NCBI GenBank assembly: GCA_043824255.1
Contig: JBDRTG010000027.1
Coordinates: 32,001-96,000, forward strand
Length of the DNA: 64,000 nt
Direction: 5' to 3'
DNA from: a bacterium
Lineage (GTDB): Bacteria; JAHJDO01
Shown here: positions 1 through 10,412 of the stretch, in pieces
Layout of the letters: each line of letters opens with the position of its first letter
How positions within the stretch are numbered: position 1 is the stretch's first letter
Translations under genes and position numbers: made by a program
The notes under the pieces: model-generated
What the model saw: the letters and a program-made list of their open reading frames with translations, nothing else
The model's database searches: none
Told to the model about the DNA's origin: nothing

Positions 1-284
1 TTAATCAATCCTATACCAGACTCTTCTATGGACTTTTTAATGCTGTCTCCATCAGCCGAAGAAAACTTTTCTCCTATTCCTTCCTGTGCAATAACAACAG
101 CTCGACAGTCACCTATTTCCCCCGGGGTTAATTTTCCTTTCGATAAATCTATTATTCTGTAAGGAATTCCTAAATGCTCAAAAGCAAGAAAAAACCCTTG
201 CTCAACATACTTAGATTCCTTCTTGCTCCTGTCTATCACTGTTAAGACTGCAAGGTTTCCTCTGCACTCATTTGAGTTTGTCAT
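1..284 (-). CDS. Hypothetical protein, 5' part only (truncated by window edge)
   Basis: Not in ORF track. Manual translation from ATG at 284 gives MTNSNECRGNLAVLTVIDRSKKESKYVEQGFFLAFEHLGIPYRIIDL..., open to position 1. Starts 5 nt after the upstream stop. Confidence 0.7.
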   Translation of the reverse strand, partial: MTNSNECRGNLAVLTVIDRSKKESKYVEQGFFLAFEHLGIPYRIIDLSKGKLTPGEIGDCRAVVIAQEGIGEKFSSADGDSIKKSIEESGIGLI

Positions 285-289
285 AGTAT

Positions 290-964
290 TTATTTAATAA
301 ATTTCAGAACAGGCCATTCCTCATAAAAAGCAAAATCTGCCTTTGATAGAAGAGCACAGGAACTCAGTTCTACGCCTTTCGACAGATAAATAGAATAATC
401 ATAACGGGATAGATGAAATAACCATTTATCGTTTTCTTTTGGTGTTCTTCCCCGCAATGTTGGTAAGCTTTCAAAAGGTATTGCAACTTCCATCTGCCAG
501 TATTCATCCACATCTTCACAATTATTCAATGTCCCTTTTATTTTTATTCCGACTTTTAATCCTTTGCAATTCCATTTACTCCAGCGGTATGTGGCACCAG
601 CAGATTCTCTTCTGACATTGAAAGCATCAAAAACTGTTCCTAAGGCATTGATCTCAAAATTATAATAGGGTTCTTTTTTGGGATGAGTCTTAAAGTAAAT
701 TTCTAAACAATCTTCTCTGTAAGTAAATTCATCCCTTTTAGTAAAATATCCCCATATATCTTTGTCATATGCTTTGAATCCTACATAGAGATATTTGTTG
801 TCCCATAGTAATCTTCCTTGTGTTTTACTTATGGGTTTTTCATTTGTTACGGGTATGTAAAAGTTCAGGATCTTGGCTTTATTCCATGTTTTTTCATTAA
901 GAATGCCATCAATTTTTATTTTTTGCTCTGTATAATGGCACTCGTAAATGTATCTTTTTTTCAT
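290..964 (-). CDS. Carbohydrate-binding family 9-like (DOMON-like) protein
   Basis: IKIDGILNE..W, LWDNKYLYVGFKAYD, DCLEIYF, YYNFEINALG and WQMEVAIPF motifs typical of CBM9-like domains. Confidence 0.8.
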   Translation of the reverse strand: MKKRYIYECHYTEQKIKIDGILNEKTWNKAKILNFYIPVTNEKPISKTQGRLLWDNKYLYVGFKAYDKDIWGYFTKRDEFTYREDCLEIYFKTHPKKEPYYNFEINALGTVFDAFNVRRESAGATYRWSKWNCKGLKVGIKIKGTLNNCEDVDEYWQMEVAIPFESLPTLRGRTPKENDKWLFHLSRYDYSIYLSKGVELSSCALLSKADFAFYEEWPVLKFIK

Positions 965-978
965 CCTTTGTACCTTAA

Positions 979-2013
979 TTAATACTCACCGAATTTCCTT
1001 GCTGCCTGAATCATTGTTTTCATATTCTCAACTGGAACATCCCTTGGATTCATTTCGCCAGTATTGAATATATATCCACCATCCTTTTTACCAGTAGTCA
1101 TGATTCTCTCTGTTTCTTTAGCTATCTGCTCAGGAGTTCCATTCATCAACACATTTATAGGATCTAAATTACCTAAAAGACATGTTTTGCCTTTTACTGT
1201 TTCCTTTGCTTTTTCAATGTCTATGCCGGGCCCTACGCTTATTGCGCTCACTCCAAGCTGAGTTTCCAATTCTATATGAGGAACAGATTCCTCACTATTA
1301 TGCAAGAATGTTAGCCCTCCTGCTTCTCTATATGCTGTTGTAACTTTTTTACATGGTTCAAAAGCAAATTCCTTATACTGCTGCGCAGATATGAGATTGC
1401 TCATTGCATTACAGTCGCCTAGCCAGATAGCATGTGCACCTGCCTTGATCTGAGCTACTCCCCACATCTTTTGAAGTTCAACAAAAAATTCACAGGTATC
1501 TTTAAGCAACTTGGGATCTGTGTGAATAAGCATCATTGTTTCAGTAAGTCCGTATAGAAGCGCTACGGAAGAGAAAGGGGCAGCATTACTAGCGCACAAA
1601 CATACTCTTTCTCCAAAGTGTTTTCTTATTTTTCTTATTGCTTCAAGCTTTACAGACATTCTGCCGTCTTTGTTTGAATCGGGCATCTTGAGGTTTTTTA
1701 GTGTATCCTGTGTTGCCGGCAGATAATCTTTTGTTGCGCGAAGAATATTTCCTTCTCCATGACATCCAATTCCTAATACTTCGAATTCGATACAGTCGTC
1801 AATCTGCAGCCATGCCCAGTCATAATCAAACTCTTCTACAGCCGCAATCCATACCTCTGCTAACTTGTCTGCATCCTGACATACATCTTCATATGTGTAT
1901 TTCCCATACCATTTAACATCAAACTCTTCACTATTGGCAAATACAGGAACCTTCTTTGGAACGTCTAAGTTTACACATGTTCTGATATCCTCCATCACGT
2001 TTTCATAAGCCAT
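979..2013 (-). CDS. Uroporphyrinogen decarboxylase / MtaA-CmuA superfamily protein
   Basis: APFS, LLGNLDP..LMNGTPEQI and GGYIF motifs of the URO-D/CIMS barrel; SD GAGGAGG upstream. Confidence 0.8.
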   Translation of the reverse strand: MAYENVMEDIRTCVNLDVPKKVPVFANSEEFDVKWYGKYTYEDVCQDADKLAEVWIAAVEEFDYDWAWLQIDDCIEFEVLGIGCHGEGNILRATKDYLPATQDTLKNLKMPDSNKDGRMSVKLEAIRKIRKHFGERVCLCASNAAPFSSVALLYGLTETMMLIHTDPKLLKDTCEFFVELQKMWGVAQIKAGAHAIWLGDCNAMSNLISAQQYKEFAFEPCKKVTTAYREAGGLTFLHNSEESVPHIELETQLGVSAISVGPGIDIEKAKETVKGKTCLLGNLDPINVLMNGTPEQIAKETERIMTTGKKDGGYIFNTGEMNPRDVPVENMKTMIQAARKFGEY

Positions 2014-2039
2014 ATTTATCCTCCTCTTTGTTTTTTCTG

Positions 2040-3068
2040 TTAATATTCACAATTATCCCTGACGGCTTTTGCCATTGCCTTCATATTTTCATAAGCAACT
2101 TCGAGCGGAATGCTATCTGTACAAAATGCATAACCTCCATTAGGTTTTCCTAATTTCAGAATTCTTTCAGTTTCCTTATAGACTTCCTCTGGAGATGAAT
2201 TTTGAAGATATTTTATAGAATCAAGATTTCCTAAAAGCCCCATTTTCCCCTGAAGCTTCTCCTTTGCAATAGACATATCCAGGGCTATCCCCACGTTTAT
2301 AGCATGTATTCCTGTTTGAGAATAAGTCTCCATGTAATCAACTTTGTCATCTGCAGGTTCATAAATTATTTTAAGTCCTTTTTTCTTGAGCTCTGAGACC
2401 AATCTTTTATTGGATTCAAATGCAAACTTTTTATACATATCCAGAGAAATTAATTTTGAAGACGCAAGACAATCTCCATACCAGATTGTATCTGCTCCAT
2501 ATTCCTGCTGAATTAACGCAAATTTCTTTTGCAAATCATAAAAGAAGTCCAAGGTCTTTATTATCACTGTTTCTGAATCAATAAGTGCCATCATCGTGTT
2601 TTCTATGCCATAAAGCATGACAGCTGAGCTAAAAGGGGAGGCAATTCTTCCAACAACAAGAGCTGTATCTCCCACAATTTTTTTGGTCTGTTTTAATGCA
2701 TTAAGAAATATCTTGATTTTTGGATCAACTTCAAAATTTGGTATTTTCAAAGAAGTCTTGGTTTCCTGTGATATTGGTAAGTGCGAGCCGATTCCAGGAA
2801 GTATATTGCCTGAACCAGTTATTTTTAAGCCAAGTGCCTCAAACTCCAGACAATCATGTAGTTGATATAATACCCAATCATAATTAAATTCTTCAAGAGC
2901 TTTTACTTGTGCTTTTACCATGGTGTCTGCTGAGGAAAGATATTCTTCATATGTTACCCCATAGTATGCTGCGTCAAATTCCTGGCTGATACAGAAGAAA
3001 GGAACTCTAGAAGGCATCTCTCCACGCGATATCTTTAGAAAATCTTCATGTATGCCTTTATATGCCAT
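2040..3068 (-). CDS. Uroporphyrinogen decarboxylase / MtaA-CmuA superfamily protein (paralog)
   Basis: SPFSSA, LLGNLDS..SPEEV and GGYAF motifs; visibly similar to 979..2013. Confidence 0.8.
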   Translation of the reverse strand: MAYKGIHEDFLKISRGEMPSRVPFFCISQEFDAAYYGVTYEEYLSSADTMVKAQVKALEEFNYDWVLYQLHDCLEFEALGLKITGSGNILPGIGSHLPISQETKTSLKIPNFEVDPKIKIFLNALKQTKKIVGDTALVVGRIASPFSSAVMLYGIENTMMALIDSETVIIKTLDFFYDLQKKFALIQQEYGADTIWYGDCLASSKLISLDMYKKFAFESNKRLVSELKKKGLKIIYEPADDKVDYMETYSQTGIHAINVGIALDMSIAKEKLQGKMGLLGNLDSIKYLQNSSPEEVYKETERILKLGKPNGGYAFCTDSIPLEVAYENMKAMAKAVRDNCEY

Positions 3069-3082
3069 AATATTTCGCTCCT

Positions 3083-4507
3083 TTAGTTAAGTGATTTTAA
3101 TCTGTGCTCTATCTTTTCATGCAGTTTAATCTTGAATTTTTCAGCTATTTCTGGTTCTTTATCAATAAGATTGTGTTTTTCTCCCGGGTCATTTTTTAGG
3201 TTGTACGGTTCATAAGAGCCTTTGTCTTCTTTGTTTTTATAATCATAGTGTAAAATCAGTTTCCATTCAGGCGTTCTTACTGCCCACAACATTCTTCCAT
3301 CATCAGGCAAAGTCTGCCAGCCGCATTTGAGCGTTTCCAGATAAGTTTCTTCATCGAAATCTGATTTTTCTCCCTTTATAAGAGGCATGAGAGAACGTCC
3401 TTCCGTTCCCTCAGGCATAGAGAGACCGAGTATATCAAATATCGTAGGCATGATATCTACCTGACTAATTTGAGTCTCTATAACTTTCCCCTGTGGCAAT
3501 GCCTTAGGATATCTCATAATCAGGGGAATTCTTATATTCTCTTCATACAGAGTTCCTGCCATTGAGCAGGATGCATGTCCCAGGGAACCTCTCTCCAGTA
3601 TTTCTTCTCCGTGATCTGAGGTTATTATGATCAATGTATCATCTAAGAGACCAAGTTCTTCCAGCTTCTTAACATAGCTTTCTATTTCCGTATCCAGCAC
3701 TCTCAAAGCTCCATCATATTGAGCCATCATTGCAGGTCTGTCTTCTTTGGAAAGAGTAAAAACTTTCCACGCTGTGGCTGTCTTTGCTTTCTGGTATTTT
3801 TCATTAACAAGTTTCGGATTTAAGATATATCCACGACCAGTTGTCTTTACCATTTTCATATATTTTTTAAAGTTTTCTGTAATTTTATAATCTTTAGGCA
3901 GGAACATTGTATCGTATGGAGGGACCGCTTTATAGGGAATATGGACATGATAAGGCATGGTCATCATGAAGAACAGGGAGTTCTTATATTCCTCTATTGC
4001 TTTAAAAAAGCCGCCTTTTTCCTTTATGTTTATAGTACACCCAAGAGACTGAGAGAGATTTCCTCCGAACTTACATATCGTTTGATATCCCTTTCTTCTG
4101 AGGATATTTAACGGAGGCTCCCAGTTTTCGAAACCCTCTTTAGACTTTAGATATGACCATGATATGTCTTTTATTCTGTTATAACTTTCTTCCGCCTCAA
4201 GTTCGTGAGTATGAGGATAAAGACCCGTGTAAACAGAAGCCACGCCAGGATAGGTGTGAGCAGTTTGAGCAAATGCATTCTTAAACAAGACCCCTTCACT
4301 TGCTAATTTATCGATAAAAGGACTTGTTTTCTTTGGATATCCATAGCAATGTAAGTTCATGGGTCTGAAAGCATCAGGCATAATGAGTAAGATGTTTATT
4401 CTTGAATCAGGTCTTTTAGAATCCGTGAAACCCGTGCTCCAAGCAATAAAGCTGAATATTAATCCTACGGTAAGCATTAGGACTCTCCTTGTTATTAGTT
4501 TTTTCAT
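3083..4507 (-). CDS. Sulfatase-like hydrolase/transferase (alkaline phosphatase superfamily) with N-terminal signal/TM segment
   Basis: NILLIMPDAFR, SPFIDKLASEGVLF, TSDHGE, LYEENIRIPLI, VDIMPTI and YNLKNDPGEKHNL motifs. Confidence 0.85.
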   Translation of the reverse strand: MKKLITRRVLMLTVGLIFSFIAWSTGFTDSKRPDSRINILLIMPDAFRPMNLHCYGYPKKTSPFIDKLASEGVLFKNAFAQTAHTYPGVASVYTGLYPHTHELEAEESYNRIKDISWSYLKSKEGFENWEPPLNILRRKGYQTICKFGGNLSQSLGCTINIKEKGGFFKAIEEYKNSLFFMMTMPYHVHIPYKAVPPYDTMFLPKDYKITENFKKYMKMVKTTGRGYILNPKLVNEKYQKAKTATAWKVFTLSKEDRPAMMAQYDGALRVLDTEIESYVKKLEELGLLDDTLIIITSDHGEEILERGSLGHASCSMAGTLYEENIRIPLIMRYPKALPQGKVIETQISQVDIMPTIFDILGLSMPEGTEGRSLMPLIKGEKSDFDEETYLETLKCGWQTLPDDGRMLWAVRTPEWKLILHYDYKNKEDKGSYEPYNLKNDPGEKHNLIDKEPEIAEKFKIKLHEKIEHRLKSLN

Positions 4508-4574
4508 TATACCAGGATTATAGAGTAATTTGTCTATGGATTATATTACTTTTTTCTGGATATTCTTGTGATTT

Positions 4575-5567
4575 TTATCCTAGGAAATTCTGGCGGTATT
4601 TTTGTGGAGGATAGCCTGTTATTTTTGCAAACACTCTGCTGAAGTGATTCGGATCATCATATCCCACAAGATTTGATACCTGTGATACATTGAGGTTTAA
4701 TCTACTAAGAAGCTTTTTCGCATTTTCAATACGGATCTTCATCAGATATTCATGGAAGGTATGGTTTGTATGGTGTTTGAATAGATTGCTGAAGTAGTTA
4801 GGACTCAGATAAACTGCTTCAGCAACATCTTTAAGGTTCAGAGTTTTTGTATAATTGGTTTCAATAAATCTTTTAGCTTCTATGATAATCTTTTCATGTC
4901 GTGAATGTTCCCGGGATGGGACATTTTCTATTTCAATAAAAGGCATGGCTTTTCTAAGCTCTTTTTTCCACTGTTCTTTTTGTTTATTTGCCTCTACTAT
5001 TTTCTTCTGCTGTTTGATAAGCTTTTCCTGAAGCACAATTACAGATTCTTTTTCTACGATGAAATTGGCCATGAAAAACATGAGGTTTACTACTATATCC
5101 AGTTTCTCATGTGAAATAACTTTAACCTTTTTATACGCATCTTTAAGTTTGTTATGATCAATTTTTAAATCCAGAGTTTTCTTTCTTATTGAAAGGAATT
5201 TTTTATCTGTTGGTTTATTAGTAAGTATTTGTCCTGAAACAAGAGCTCCTATAAGCTTATTTTCCATTATTATAGGAACAACAATGTCAGTTAGCCCCCC
5301 GTGACATTGGTAAACATGAGGCTTTCGGTTCAGGAAGGCAGTATTAATAGCTCCTGCATCCGAGAGAGCGCATCGAGCTTTACCTTTTTGTGTGGAATGT
5401 ATGATTTTGCAGAACAGGCTTCTTTCCGACTTAGGGAAAAAATCCATATCTCCCCCTCGTCTGCCTACTATAAAAGATATCGTCATACCAGTTGCTTTAT
5501 AAAACAACCTTCGGAGTTCTAATAGGAGTTTTTTACTTAAAATGCCATCTATTGATTTATGATCCAT
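4575..5567 (-). CDS. PocR-sensor-domain AraC-family transcriptional regulator
   Basis: N-terminal FC..I, C..SD, YQCHGGL..PI..G....GQ (PocR domain); C-terminal YLSPNYFS..FK and VGYDDPNHFSRVF (AraC HTH). Start placed at MDHKSID (5567), just after the xylB stop. Confidence 0.85.
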   Translation of the reverse strand: MDHKSIDGILSKKLLLELRRLFYKATGMTISFIVGRRGGDMDFFPKSERSLFCKIIHSTQKGKARCALSDAGAINTAFLNRKPHVYQCHGGLTDIVVPIIMENKLIGALVSGQILTNKPTDKKFLSIRKKTLDLKIDHNKLKDAYKKVKVISHEKLDIVVNLMFFMANFIVEKESVIVLQEKLIKQQKKIVEANKQKEQWKKELRKAMPFIEIENVPSREHSRHEKIIIEAKRFIETNYTKTLNLKDVAEAVYLSPNYFSNLFKHHTNHTFHEYLMKIRIENAKKLLSRLNLNVSQVSNLVGYDDPNHFSRVFAKITGYPPQKYRQNFLG

Positions 5568-5572
5568 GGTTA

Positions 5573-7084
5573 TTAGTTTTTTGTGCCTTGTCTGACTAAT
5601 TCTGCACATTGTTTAAAATTATTTTCCAGAGTTTTATACAGGTTTTTGTATAGTTTATAGTATTCATCATAAATTTTTGTATTCTTTGTAACAGGTTCAA
5701 TTTTATCTATTGTTTTTATAGTATGCCTGCAGGCTTCAGGTACAGAAGAATAAATTTCTGCGCCAACCATAGCAAGTAATGCAGCTCCAAATGCTGGGCC
5801 TTCATCAACATTTATTGTATAAATTGGTTCTTTATTAACATCTGCCTGGATCTGTTTCCAGAGTTTACTTTTTGCGCCTCCTCCAGAAGCTCGAATTTCA
5901 GATACTGGAATACCTAATCCCTTAATAATTTCTAATGAATCTCTTAATCCGAAACTTATTCCTTCCATTACTGAGCGAATAATGTGAGCTCTTGTGTGCC
6001 GCGGGGAAATTCCAAAAAACACTGCCTTTGCGTCCGGGTCAGCATGAGGTGTTCTCTCTCCCATAAGATAAGGGAGAAAAATTAATCCTTCACTTCCAGT
6101 TGGAGCTTTTGATGCCTGTTCAGTCATTATCTGATATGAATCTTCACCAAATGTATCTCTGAGCCATTTAAAAGATCCTCCTGCAGCAAGCATTACTCCC
6201 ATTACATGCCATTTGCCGGGAACTGCATGACAGAATGTATGAAGACGGCCCAATGGGTCGGTCTTCACTTTATCTGCGTATGCAAAAACAACCCCTGATG
6301 TTCCTATTGTTGAGGATATGATGCCTTCTTCTACGATTCCGCATCCAACTGCTCCTGCAGCCTGGTCTCCAGCACCAGCAACAACTATTGTTTCTGTTGA
6401 TAAGGCAAGAAGCTTGGAAGCGTCTTTAGTTAGCGTTCCTGTGATTTCTGTAGATTCACAAACTTCAGTCAACAGATTTCTGTCAATGTTTAGCTTTTCC
6501 AAGACCTCATTTGACCACTTTCTATTCTTCACATTAAACAATAAAGTTCCTGATGCGTCTGAGACATCACTTGCAAACTCTCTGGTTAACCTGAACCTTA
6601 TATAATCCTTAGGCAGTAAGATCTTGCGAGTTTTCTCGTATATTTGAGGTTCATTTTTCCTGACCCAGAGAATCTTTGGGGCAGTAAATCCTGTGAGAGC
6701 AGGATTAGAGACAAAATTTATTAGATTTTCTTTTCCAATAATTCTGTTTATGTCATCGCATTCAGAACTTGTTCTCTGATCACACCAGAGTATAGCTGGC
6801 CGAAGTACATTATTATTGCTATCAAGAAAAACAGCGCCGTGCATCTGCCCTGTTAATCCTATTGATTTAACATCTTCTCTATTGATGTTTGTCTCATTCA
6901 GAACAGATCTGATAGATTCTATTGTAGCCATCCACCAGTCAGCTGGATCCTGTTCTGCCCAGCCTGGCTTTGGATGGGATAAAGGATATTCCTTAAGGGA
7001 ACTGGATATTATTTCCCCCTTGTTATTGCATAAAAGAGTCTTTGCACCTGTTGTGCCTATATCAATTCCAATAACATATTCCAT
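5573..7084 (-). CDS. xylB: Xylulokinase (FGGY family)
   Basis: GIDIGTT, TGQMHG, ILWCDQR, GDQAAGA, PYLMGERTP, SGGGAKS motifs. Confidence 0.9.
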   Translation of the reverse strand: MEYVIGIDIGTTGAKTLLCNNKGEIISSSLKEYPLSHPKPGWAEQDPADWWMATIESIRSVLNETNINREDVKSIGLTGQMHGAVFLDSNNNVLRPAILWCDQRTSSECDDINRIIGKENLINFVSNPALTGFTAPKILWVRKNEPQIYEKTRKILLPKDYIRFRLTREFASDVSDASGTLLFNVKNRKWSNEVLEKLNIDRNLLTEVCESTEITGTLTKDASKLLALSTETIVVAGAGDQAAGAVGCGIVEEGIISSTIGTSGVVFAYADKVKTDPLGRLHTFCHAVPGKWHVMGVMLAAGGSFKWLRDTFGEDSYQIMTEQASKAPTGSEGLIFLPYLMGERTPHADPDAKAVFFGISPRHTRAHIIRSVMEGISFGLRDSLEIIKGLGIPVSEIRASGGGAKSKLWKQIQADVNKEPIYTINVDEGPAFGAALLAMVGAEIYSSVPEACRHTIKTIDKIEPVTKNTKIYDEYYKLYKNLYKTLENNFKQCAELVRQGTKN

Positions 7085-7174
7085 TGTTATTTCCTCTTAC
7101 CTGTTTTTCGAATTGGGTAATTTTATCAAATAGTTAGGGATCATAGCAAGACTATATAGCTGCAGGTCGTTAAC

Positions 7175-7203
7175 TTGACAACATATATCTTCTTATGTAG
7201 AAT
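7175..7203 (+). promoter_or_regulatory. Sigma70-type promoter of accD operon
   Basis: TTGACA (7175-7180), 17-nt spacer, TAGAAT (7198-7203), upstream of SD GGAGG and the GTG start. Confidence 0.75.
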
Positions 7204-7228
7204 TAAATCAACGAATATGGAGGCATGA

Positions 7229-8083
7229 GTGGCCTGGTTTGGTAAGCGGAAATATACTGTACTTCCTGCTACGAAGAAGCGAGACATTCCTGATGGCTTA
7301 TGGACAAAATGTCCCGGATGCGGTGAAATTATATATAATAAGAATCTGAATAAGAATCTCAATGTGTGTCCAAAGTGCTGGTTTCATAATAGAATAACAG
7401 TACAAGAAAGAATTACCCAGTTAATAGATAGGAATACTTTTATTGAATACGATAAAAGCATGCAATCGCTTGATCCATTAAATTTTAAAGCTTACAAAAG
7501 TTATAAAGATAAAATAGCGCAGGAGCAGAAGAAAACAGGTTTAAAAGAAGCAGCTGTGTACGGGGAAGGAGATATTGGGGATTTTCATATATCCATTGTG
7601 CTTACAGATTATAGATTTATTATGGGAAGTATGGGTTCTGTTGTTGGAGAAAAGGTTACAAGAGCTGTTGAACTTGCAATAGACAAAAAAATCCCCTTTA
7701 TAAGTGTGTCAAGCTCAGGAGGCGGTGCAAGAATGTATGAAGGAATATTTTCTCTTATGCAGATGGCAAAGACAAGTGCAGCTGTATCTCGTTTAAGTGA
7801 CAAAAAAATCCCGTTTATCTCAGTAATAACTGATCCTACAGGAGGAGGAGTTTCGGCAAGTTTTGCATTTCAGGCAGACGTGATAATTGCTGAGCCGCGT
7901 GCTTTAATAACATTTGCTGGCCCCAGAGTAATAGAACAGACAATTCATCAGAAGCTTCCAGAGGGTTTCCAAAGGGCGGAGTTTCTTCTTGAACATGGTA
8001 TGATTGATATGATTGTTGATCGTAGGGAGTTGAAGAAGAAACTTGTAAATCTTATTAAGCATTTTGATGCTCGCAAGAAGTAA
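7229..8083 (+). CDS. accD: Acetyl-CoA carboxylase carboxyltransferase beta subunit
   Basis: LWTKCPGC..CPKC zinc finger, GSMGSVVGEK, GGARM, DPTGGGVSASFA, FAGPRVIEQT. Confidence 0.95.
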   Translation: MAWFGKRKYTVLPATKKRDIPDGLWTKCPGCGEIIYNKNLNKNLNVCPKCWFHNRITVQERITQLIDRNTFIEYDKSMQSLDPLNFKAYKSYKDKIAQEQKKTGLKEAAVYGEGDIGDFHISIVLTDYRFIMGSMGSVVGEKVTRAVELAIDKKIPFISVSSSGGGARMYEGIFSLMQMAKTSAAVSRLSDKKIPFISVITDPTGGGVSASFAFQADVIIAEPRALITFAGPRVIEQTIHQKLPEGFQRAEFLLEHGMIDMIVDRRELKKKLVNLIKHFDARKK

Positions 8084-9418
8084 ATGACCTATCTTGAGGC
8101 ATTGGACTACCTGAATAGCCTTCAATACTTTGGTATAAAGTTTGGATTAAATAATATAAAAGTTCTACTTAAACTACTTGGAAACCCGCATAACAAATTC
8201 AGAGTCGTTCATATTGCAGGAACTAATGGCAAGGGTTCAGTTGCTGCATTCACAGGTTCTATAATTGCCTTATCAGGATATAAGGTTGGAGTTTATACAT
8301 CCCCCCACCTTGTTGATTTTAGAGAAAGAATAGTTATAAAAACACAGTCAATCAGGCAGGAATCTGAAATCACAGAAAAGTTTATTCCTAAGACAAGAGT
8401 AGTATCAATCGTTTCTGATATAAAGAAAGCTGTCAGGCATATGAAGAATACTCTTGGCGTGAATCATCCAACTTATTTTGAGATTATTACTGCTTTAGCC
8501 TTTAAGTATTTTGCTGATGAGAACATAGATGTTTTGATATGTGAGACTGGCATGGGCGGGAGGTTAGATGCAACAAATGTGTCTAATTCGATTATATCAG
8601 TAATAACTAATGTTGGGCTTGAACACACAGATATGCTTGGTAAGAGAATTACAGATATAGCTTATGAAAAAGCGTGCATAATAAAAAAAAACAATGTGGT
8701 AATAAGTGGCAGCGGAAAACGGAAGGTGCTAGATATAATTAGCAACATGGTAAAAGAGAGAAAAGCAAGATTAGTTGACATAAACTCTGAGTATAAATGG
8801 GGAAGAACAAGTTCTAATGTTAACAGGCAAAGGTTCTGGATTAAGGGGAATAATTATTCATATAGTGATTTAGAAATCAGTCTACTCGGAGAGCATCAAG
8901 CAACTAATGCTGTTACGGCTGTTGCAGTAGCAGAGAAGCTTCGATTATTTGATTTTAAAGTTCCTGAAGATGCTATCAAAACAGGTCTTAGCAGCACAAT
9001 CTGGCAGGGTAGATTTCAGGTATTAAGAAAAAATCCTTTGCTGATTTGTGATGGAGCGCATAATCCCAGCAGTGCAAGGGTTCTGAAGCAGACTATTTCT
9101 GAAATGGAATATGATAGATTAATATTCATAATTGGAATATTGAAAGAGAAAAATTACAGAGATATTTTAAAAATACTTCTTTCAGAGGATTCAATCGCAG
9201 TTTTTACTAATATTACAAGCACTGATCGTGCACTAAAGCCTGAGATTCTGGCTCAAGAGGCGCAAAAGTTCACCAGTAGTATTATTGTAAAAAAAGACAT
9301 ATCTTTATCGTTAAAATATGCATTTCGGAAGGCAAATAGAAATGACTTGATTTGTGTTACTGGCTCATTATATCTTGTTGGAGAATTATTGGAGGTGATT
9401 AGAAATGAAATCATATAG
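8084..9418 (+). CDS. folC: Folylpolyglutamate/dihydrofolate synthase
   Basis: [42 protein letters not shown]. Confidence 0.95.
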   Translation: MTYLEALDYLNSLQYFGIKFGLNNIKVLLKLLGNPHNKFRVVHIAGTNGKGSVAAFTGSIIALSGYKVGVYTSPHLVDFRERIVIKTQSIRQESEITEKFIPKTRVVSIVSDIKKAVRHMKNTLGVNHPTYFEIITALAFKYFADENIDVLICETGMGGRLDATNVSNSIISVITNVGLEHTDMLGKRITDIAYEKACIIKKNNVVISGSGKRKVLDIISNMVKERKARLVDINSEYKWGRTSSNVNRQRFWIKGNNYSYSDLEISLLGEHQATNAVTAVAVAEKLRLFDFKVPEDAIKTGLSSTIWQGRFQVLRKNPLLICDGAHNPSSARVLKQTISEMEYDRLIFIIGILKEKNYRDILKILLSEDSIAVFTNITSTDRALKPEILAQEAQKFTSSIIVKKDISLSLKYAFRKANRNDLICVTGSLYLVGELLEVIRNEII

Positions 9419-9821
9419 AAAAGAGCTGGTTTTCCAGACGCCACACAGGCGAGATTATATAAACATTACACCTGAAGTGGAAAAAGCGCTCAAGGAAAGT
9501 GGAATAAAGGATGGCTTATGTCTTGTTAACGCTATGCATATAACAGCCAGTGTATATATAAATGATAATGAACAGGGGTTAATTCATGATTATGATAAAT
9601 GGCTTGAGAAGCTTGCACCGCATGAACCAGTTTCTCAGTATGAACATAATGGTTTTGAGGATAATGCAGATGCTCACATGAAACGGCAGGTAATGGGACG
9701 GGAGGTTGTTGTTGCAGTAACAGGTGGGAAGCTTGATTTTGGTCCATGGGAGCAAATATTCTATGGGGAGTTTGACGGCAAACGAAGGAAACGAGTTTTA
9801 GTAAAGATCATAGGGGAATAA
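9405..9821 (+). CDS. yjbQ: YjbQ/UPF0047 family protein
   Basis: [33 protein letters not shown]. Confidence 0.9.
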   Translation: MKSYRKELVFQTPHRRDYINITPEVEKALKESGIKDGLCLVNAMHITASVYINDNEQGLIHDYDKWLEKLAPHEPVSQYEHNGFEDNADAHMKRQVMGREVVVAVTGGKLDFGPWEQIFYGEFDGKRRKRVLVKIIGE

Positions 9822-9899
9822 AAATGGGCTTTTTAATTAATTAGAAATATGATAATGTAGCGAACTGATAGTAAACTTAAAACCATTAGGAGTAAACGT

Positions 9900-10412
9900 A
9901 TGAAAATAGTTGAAGATTTAAAGCAAAAGATAGAGACACTAAAGAAAAAGCTTGCTGAGAAAATAGAGAAAGCAGAAAAAGTAGCAGGAAATAAAGAAAT
10001 AAGGCTTTTGAAGAAAAGAATAAAAAGAAAGCAAAGACTAGTAAACGAAATTCTGCGAAAAGAACAGAAAGAAGAAGAATCAAAGAAGAAAAAAGCAGAA
10101 CCGGAGAAGAAAGCTCCCAAAGAAGCTCCTGCAAAAGTTGAGGAAGCAATAGAGAGCAAGCCGGAGGAAGAAGCTCCCGAAGAAGCTGCAAAAACAGAAG
10201 AGAAGAAACTTGAAGAACCTATCAAAGAGACTCAAGAATTAGAGAAAACTGAACTATCCGAAGAAAAACCACAGGAAGAAATCCCTGCAGAAGTTCAAGA
10301 ACCAGAGGAGAAGCCTCAGGAAGAGACACCTGAAGAAAATCAAAAGTCAGAAGATATTAAACAGGAAGAAAAGAAACTTGAAGGAACCGAATCTGAGACA
10401 ACCCCTTCTTAA
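9900..10412 (+). CDS. Hypothetical protein: basic coiled-coil N-terminus plus acidic E/K/P-rich low-complexity tail
   Basis: SD AGGAG upstream of ATG; A-rich codon pattern; composition read from translation. Confidence 0.6.
   Translation: MKIVEDLKQKIETLKKKLAEKIEKAEKVAGNKEIRLLKKRIKRKQRLVNEILRKEQKEEESKKKKAEPEKKAPKEAPAKVEEAIESKPEEEAPEEAAKTEEKKLEEPIKETQELEKTELSEEKPQEEIPAEVQEPEEKPQEETPEENQKSEDIKQEEKKLEGTESETTPS

Noticed and set aside
9833..10225. Minus-strand Ser/Phe/Leu-rich ORFs (9833..10225, 9886..10191)
   Set aside because: Antisense shadows of the E/K-rich plus-strand gene. The many other 60-160 aa antisense or nested ORFs in the track were rejected for the same reason.
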